Shown here one piece after another: positions 48,391-52,213 of a stretch of DNA of 52,213 bases (its first letter is position 1; each line of letters begins with the position of its first letter). The notes below the pieces were generated by a model. It searched no databases, had not been told where the DNA came from, and worked only from the letters and a program-made list of their open reading frames with translations. Origin of the DNA: Solirubrobacteraceae bacterium (lineage in GTDB: Bacteria > Actinomycetota > Thermoleophilia > Solirubrobacterales > Solirubrobacteraceae). Position numbers and translations under genes: made by a program. Location: the NCBI GenBank assembly GCA_035602785.1, contig DATNLQ010000138.1, positions 1-52,213 on the forward strand, in the 5' to 3' direction.

Positions 48391-50630
48391 CCGCCGTGCC
48401 CCTTGCGGCGCGGCTTGCCGCGCCTGGCCTTCTTGCGAGTGGGCTTGGGCGCCTTGATCGTGCGGTGGAAGGTGATCAGGATGCTCTGGCGCAGCGTGGC
48501 GTGGCCGGGAGCGCTGAACGTCGCAGTGACGGTCGCCGACAGCCCACCCCTGCGCTCGGCCATCGCCAGGTAGCGAGCGGGCGGCGAGAGCGTCAGCGAC
48601 TGCAGGGCGCCGGCGCCCGTGGCGCTGCGGGCGGCCGACGCGACGGTCTCGAGAGCCGCGTGAGTGGACCGCTTGTGGCCGTGTCGCGCCGGCGAGCTCA
48701 CCAGCACGCTGCCCTGCGCGCTCGCGCGCAGCTGGCCGGCGCCCGGCACCTGCGCGTACAGCGTGACGCTGCCGTTGGCGTGGGCGAGCGCGCTGATGCC
48801 GAGCAGCCATGCTGGGACGAGGGACAGTCCGGGCGGCGGGCTCGAGATGTACTGCTGGACCGTTTCGGTGGGAAACACCTTGCGGTTGACCACGAACGCG
48901 TCAACCGCGTCGTTGCCGTCGCCGAAGACGAGATTGTCGGCGCTGGAGGAGAACGCGAGCACGTCGCCGTCGTCGGAGAAGGAGGGAGAGAACGACCCCT
49001 GCTCGTCGCCCTTATAGGGGTCTTCGCCGGTGACTTCTTCGTGGGGCTCTTCGGCCGGTTCGTCTTCGCCGCCGAAGCCGTGCGTGACGCGCGTGAGCGT
49101 CTCGTCGGCCAGATCGACGTCATACAGTTCCGCCATCCCCGCGGTCCCCGCCGGCGCGCTGACGTAGGCCGGCACGCTCAGTGGGAAGGCGGTGCGCTTG
49201 GTCGAGAAGGCGACCTGGGTGCCATCCGGCGAGATGCCGATGTCGCTGATCGGCGCCGCCCTCGCCGTTTCCGCGACGTTGCCGCCCGCCAGCGCGGTCA
49301 GGCGAGTGAGCGCGAGGGTGCGCGTGAGCCCGCTCTGCATGTTCGCCACATACAGGTCGTCGGAGTCTCCGAGCCCGTTGAATTCGTTGCCCGTGAGCAG
49401 GTAGCGCGCGTCGGACAGGAAGGCCACGAGGTTGCCGTTGGCGCTGAGGTGGGGCTGGTAGTCGGGCCCTTCGCTGCCGTCCGCCCAGATCCCCGCTTCG
49501 CCGCTTTCGGGGAGCCTCGGTTCGAACGGCCCCTGGCAGGGGTCCGACAGCGACGGCGGCTGTGACACGCTCTGCTCGCCGCTGGCTTCGCAGGCCGGGC
49601 TGGCGGGATCCGTGCCGCCTGTGACGCGACGGATCGGCGCAGTGGGGCCTTCGTCGATCCTGCGCCACAGCGGCTCGGTGTATTCGGGCTCGCTGGCGGC
49701 GGCGTCGTGGCCGAGCACCTTCGTCTGGCGCCCGACCTGCTGTCCCAACCAGGCGACCGTGGAGCCGTCCGCGCTGATCGACGCGCCCACCCAGATGTCG
49801 CCGAAGGTCGACAGATTGGTTTCTCCCGTGACAGGTTCGAACAGGGTCTTGGCTTTTTCCGGGTAGATCGCGCCCACCACGCGGCCGTTTTCGCCCGTCG
49901 TCGGCACGGGCATGTCCTGCCCTTCGGCGTTCAGTTCGGGGGCGCCCGTGGCGGGATCGGCGAGCGCGCTGACCAACTGCGTTTCCCCGGTTTCCAGGTT
50001 GCGCACCGCGACCTGCATCGCGGGGGTCCCCGGGCCGGCGAGATCGGAGGCCGCGGTGGTCACGAAGGCGACCTTGCGTCCGTTGGCGCTGATCGCCGAG
50101 CGCCCCAGCGCCAGCGCCCCGACCTGCTTTTCTTCCTGCTCGCGCAGGGGCGTGCCCGGAGACGCGGCGTATTCGTAGCGCAGGCCCTGCGTGGCGCCGG
50201 CGACGGTGATCGCCGATACGAGCGTGTACGCGCCGGGCGCTTCCGCGGGCACGTCCATGTCGCGCACATACACGTCGGGGCCTTCGTTCGTGTCTTCGGG
50301 CACGAGCCGTTCGGTCGTGGTGAAGCTGATGTAGCGGCCTTCTTCGCTGATCGACGGAAGCCGCGCGTCGCCGCCGACCACCTTTTCGACCGCCCCGCTG
50401 GCCAGGTCGCGGCGCCAAACACCCTTTTCCCCGTCGAACTCCCCGTCGAAGGCGATGTATTCGCCATTGCCGGAGATCGCGGGGTCGCGAGCGTAGTCCG
50501 CCTGCTGCGTGGACCCGGCTGTATCGACCGAGGCCAAGCGGATCGTTTCGAACACGTCCGCGTTGGCGGCGGTGGGCGCAATCAGCGCGAGGGTCAGCGC
50601 GAGGGAGAAGATCGCCGCGACAGCTCTCAT
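48387..50630 (-). CDS. Secreted TolB/PD40-like beta-propeller protein with basic tail
   Basis: Signal peptide (..TAANA); repeated P.IS.(N/D)G..VAF blades, LVPEDTN and NLV.GD.N. ATGA overlap with the upstream gene. Confidence 0.85.
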   Translation of the reverse strand: MRAVAAIFSLALTLALIAPTAANADVFETIRLASVDTAGSTQQADYARDPAISGNGEYIAFDGEFDGEKGVWRRDLASGAVEKVVGGDARLPSISEEGRYISFTTTERLVPEDTNEGPDVYVRDMDVPAEAPGAYTLVSAITVAGATQGLRYEYAASPGTPLREQEEKQVGALALGRSAISANGRKVAFVTTAASDLAGPGTPAMQVAVRNLETGETQLVSALADPATGAPELNAEGQDMPVPTTGENGRVVGAIYPEKAKTLFEPVTGETNLSTFGDIWVGASISADGSTVAWLGQQVGRQTKVLGHDAAASEPEYTEPLWRRIDEGPTAPIRRVTGGTDPASPACEASGEQSVSQPPSLSDPCQGPFEPRLPESGEAGIWADGSEGPDYQPHLSANGNLVAFLSDARYLLTGNEFNGLGDSDDLYVANMQSGLTRTLALTRLTALAGGNVAETARAAPISDIGISPDGTQVAFSTKRTAFPLSVPAYVSAPAGTAGMAELYDVDLADETLTRVTHGFGGEDEPAEEPHEEVTGEDPYKGDEQGSFSPSFSDDGDVLAFSSSADNLVFGDGNDAVDAFVVNRKVFPTETVQQYISSPPPGLSLVPAWLLGISALAHANGSVTLYAQVPGAGQLRASAQGSVLVSSPARHGHKRSTHAALETVASAARSATGAGALQSLTLSPPARYLAMAERRGGLSATVTATFSAPGHATLRQSILITFHRTIKAPKPTRKKARRGKPRRKGHGG

Positions 50631-52213
50631 GGCACGCTTACCAGCCGGCGCACGACGCCGGCGTTGCCGAGCTTGTCGCGCACGTGCACGACGATCGTGT
50701 ACGTGCCGCCACGGGCATAGCGGTGGCGGCACTGAGCGCGCCCGTGCGCGCTGTGGCCGTCGCCGAATTCGACGCTGACGGCGCCGACGTCGACGCCAGA
50801 CTGCGCGTCGCTCACGCGCACGGTGACGCCGAAGCCGCCATGCGTGCGCTTGAACGCGACCACCGGTGGCTGGGCGTCGATGCGAAGCGGCGTGGGAGGC
50901 GTCAGGACCGAGTCGCCGTAGCGGTCGCTGGCGAGCACCTGCACGTGGTGCAGACCGCTGCCGAGCCCACGCGCGCTGATGCGCATTTCGTGAGCGTCGC
51001 CCAGCGGCTGCAGCTCGCGACCGTCGAGCACGACGGCGTAGCTGAGGGGTTCGTCGGCGCTTTCGGCGGGCACCCACGAGATCACGGCCTGCGACGGCTT
51101 GATCCATCCCTTCGGCACGTTGGTCACGAACCGGGCCGGAGCCGCGGAGGTCTCGGTGGCGACGATCGCGGCGTTGCCGAACTCGCCCTGCCTGAACGCG
51201 ATCAGACCATCGCCCAGGCCCGAGCGGCCGACGGCCAGTTCGCCGATCGGCCCGCCCGCCCCTCCGCTGACGAGGGCGGTCTGGAGGCCGCCTTCGGGGT
51301 AGTTCTCGCGCACCGCCACCTGTGCCTGTCCCTGCGGGTTGGCGCTGGTCCAAGCCGACACGCCGCCGCCGCTCGGGTTCATGACGCTCGTGGAGATGGG
51401 TTCTTCGCCGCTGACCGGCGGCCCGAGCGACAGCGCGCCCGACAGCCCCAGGTCGTTCCCTTCGACGATGCGCGGCGTGCCGTTGCTGGCATACAGCAGG
51501 CGCAGTTCATGGCGCGCGTCCGTGTCGATGCTCGGCGGCCCGATCGCCGCGCCCGCGCCGCCGGCGACTTCGGAGTCGGCCACGACGGCCCCGGTGAACT
51601 CGGCGCCACTTTCCGCTTCGCCGTCGGGCAGCGTGTTCAAGAAGATGCGCGGACCGGGCAGCGGCGAGCCGGGCCCCGTGGCCTGTCGGTAGGCGACCTC
51701 GGCCTGCCCGAGATAGGAGATCGACACGCTGGGCGCATCCGCGTCCTGTCCGATTTGCGCGCCGTTGTAGCTGCTCGCGCTGACCGGCAGCACGTAGTCG
51801 AGCGTGGCGCCGAACAGGCGCCTGGCCCAGATGCGGGCCACGCCGTTGATGTCGGGCTCCTGCCACACGACCACGCCGTTGCCGGTCGGGCCGATCGCGA
51901 TCTGCGGCGCGTTGGCGGCCGTGGGTGGGCGCATCGACAGTTCGGGATCGCGGTTGACCGCTCCCAGGCGGGTCCAGCGGTTGCCGTCGAAGTGCGCCAC
52001 GCGCACTTCCTCGTCCACGTCGCCGGGGTGCAGCAGGGCGACCGAGCCGTTGGGCTTGACGACGCGGTAGACGAGGTCGGCCCGGCCCGTGGAGCTCATC
52101 GCCAGGTCGGGGCTCGTGCCCGTGCCTTCTTCGATGCTGGGATCGATCACGACGGCCGGGCCGAAGGAGTTGCTGCCGGGGGTGAGCGTCGCGCCCACCA
52201 ACTCGTCAACCGG
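50627..52213 (-). CDS. Putative secreted protein with propeller-like repeats and C-terminal PKD domain (5' end outside the window)
   Basis: Frame is open to the window end. P.(I/L)A...G...VVW repeats, then VEFGDG...HRY...GTYTIVVHVRDKLGN. Confidence 0.8.
   Translation of the reverse strand, partial: PVDELVGATLTPGSNSFGPAVVIDPSIEEGTGTSPDLAMSSTGRADLVYRVVKPNGSVALLHPGDVDEEVRVAHFDGNRWTRLGAVNRDPELSMRPPTAANAPQIAIGPTGNGVVVWQEPDINGVARIWARRLFGATLDYVLPVSASSYNGAQIGQDADAPSVSISYLGQAEVAYRQATGPGSPLPGPRIFLNTLPDGEAESGAEFTGAVVADSEVAGGAGAAIGPPSIDTDARHELRLLYASNGTPRIVEGNDLGLSGALSLGPPVSGEEPISTSVMNPSGGGVSAWTSANPQGQAQVAVRENYPEGGLQTALVSGGAGGPIGELAVGRSGLGDGLIAFRQGEFGNAAIVATETSAAPARFVTNVPKGWIKPSQAVISWVPAESADEPLSYAVVLDGRELQPLGDAHEMRISARGLGSGLHHVQVLASDRYGDSVLTPPTPLRIDAQPPVVAFKRTHGGFGVTVRVSDAQSGVDVGAVSVEFGDGHSAHGRAQCRHRYARGGTYTIVVHVRDKLGNAGVVRRLVSVP

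Overview
High-GC actinobacterial DNA. The style of the secreted proteins suggests Thermoleophilia/Solirubrobacterales, which is an inference. The window has two blocks. Block 1 (~117-35,600) is a large Wzy-type surface/exopolysaccharide locus built for sulfation. It holds cysD plus fused cysNC (PAPS supply), seven paralogous heparan-sulfate-type sulfotransferases, ten GT4, two GT2 and one GT-A-like glycosyltransferase, four SAM methyltransferases and a PIG-L-family deacetylase. It also holds a Wzy/O-antigen-ligase-like membrane protein, a Wzc-like co-polymerase, a priming sugar transferase and two Glu/Lys/Ala-rich lipoproteins, and is followed by a TauE pseudogene. Six sulfotransferase genes are joined to the next gene by the same 17-bp overlap, in which the C-terminal W(G/A)YD motif supplies the next ATG. 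Block 2 (~36,900-end) is a co-oriented cluster of five large secreted or surface proteins (beta-propeller, Ig and PKD domains, and one apparently inactive metallophosphoesterase domain) ending in an orphan, non-lipidated PstS-like protein. No rRNA, tRNA, CRISPR array or mobile element was recognised. All family calls come from motifs read by eye; no database searches were run.
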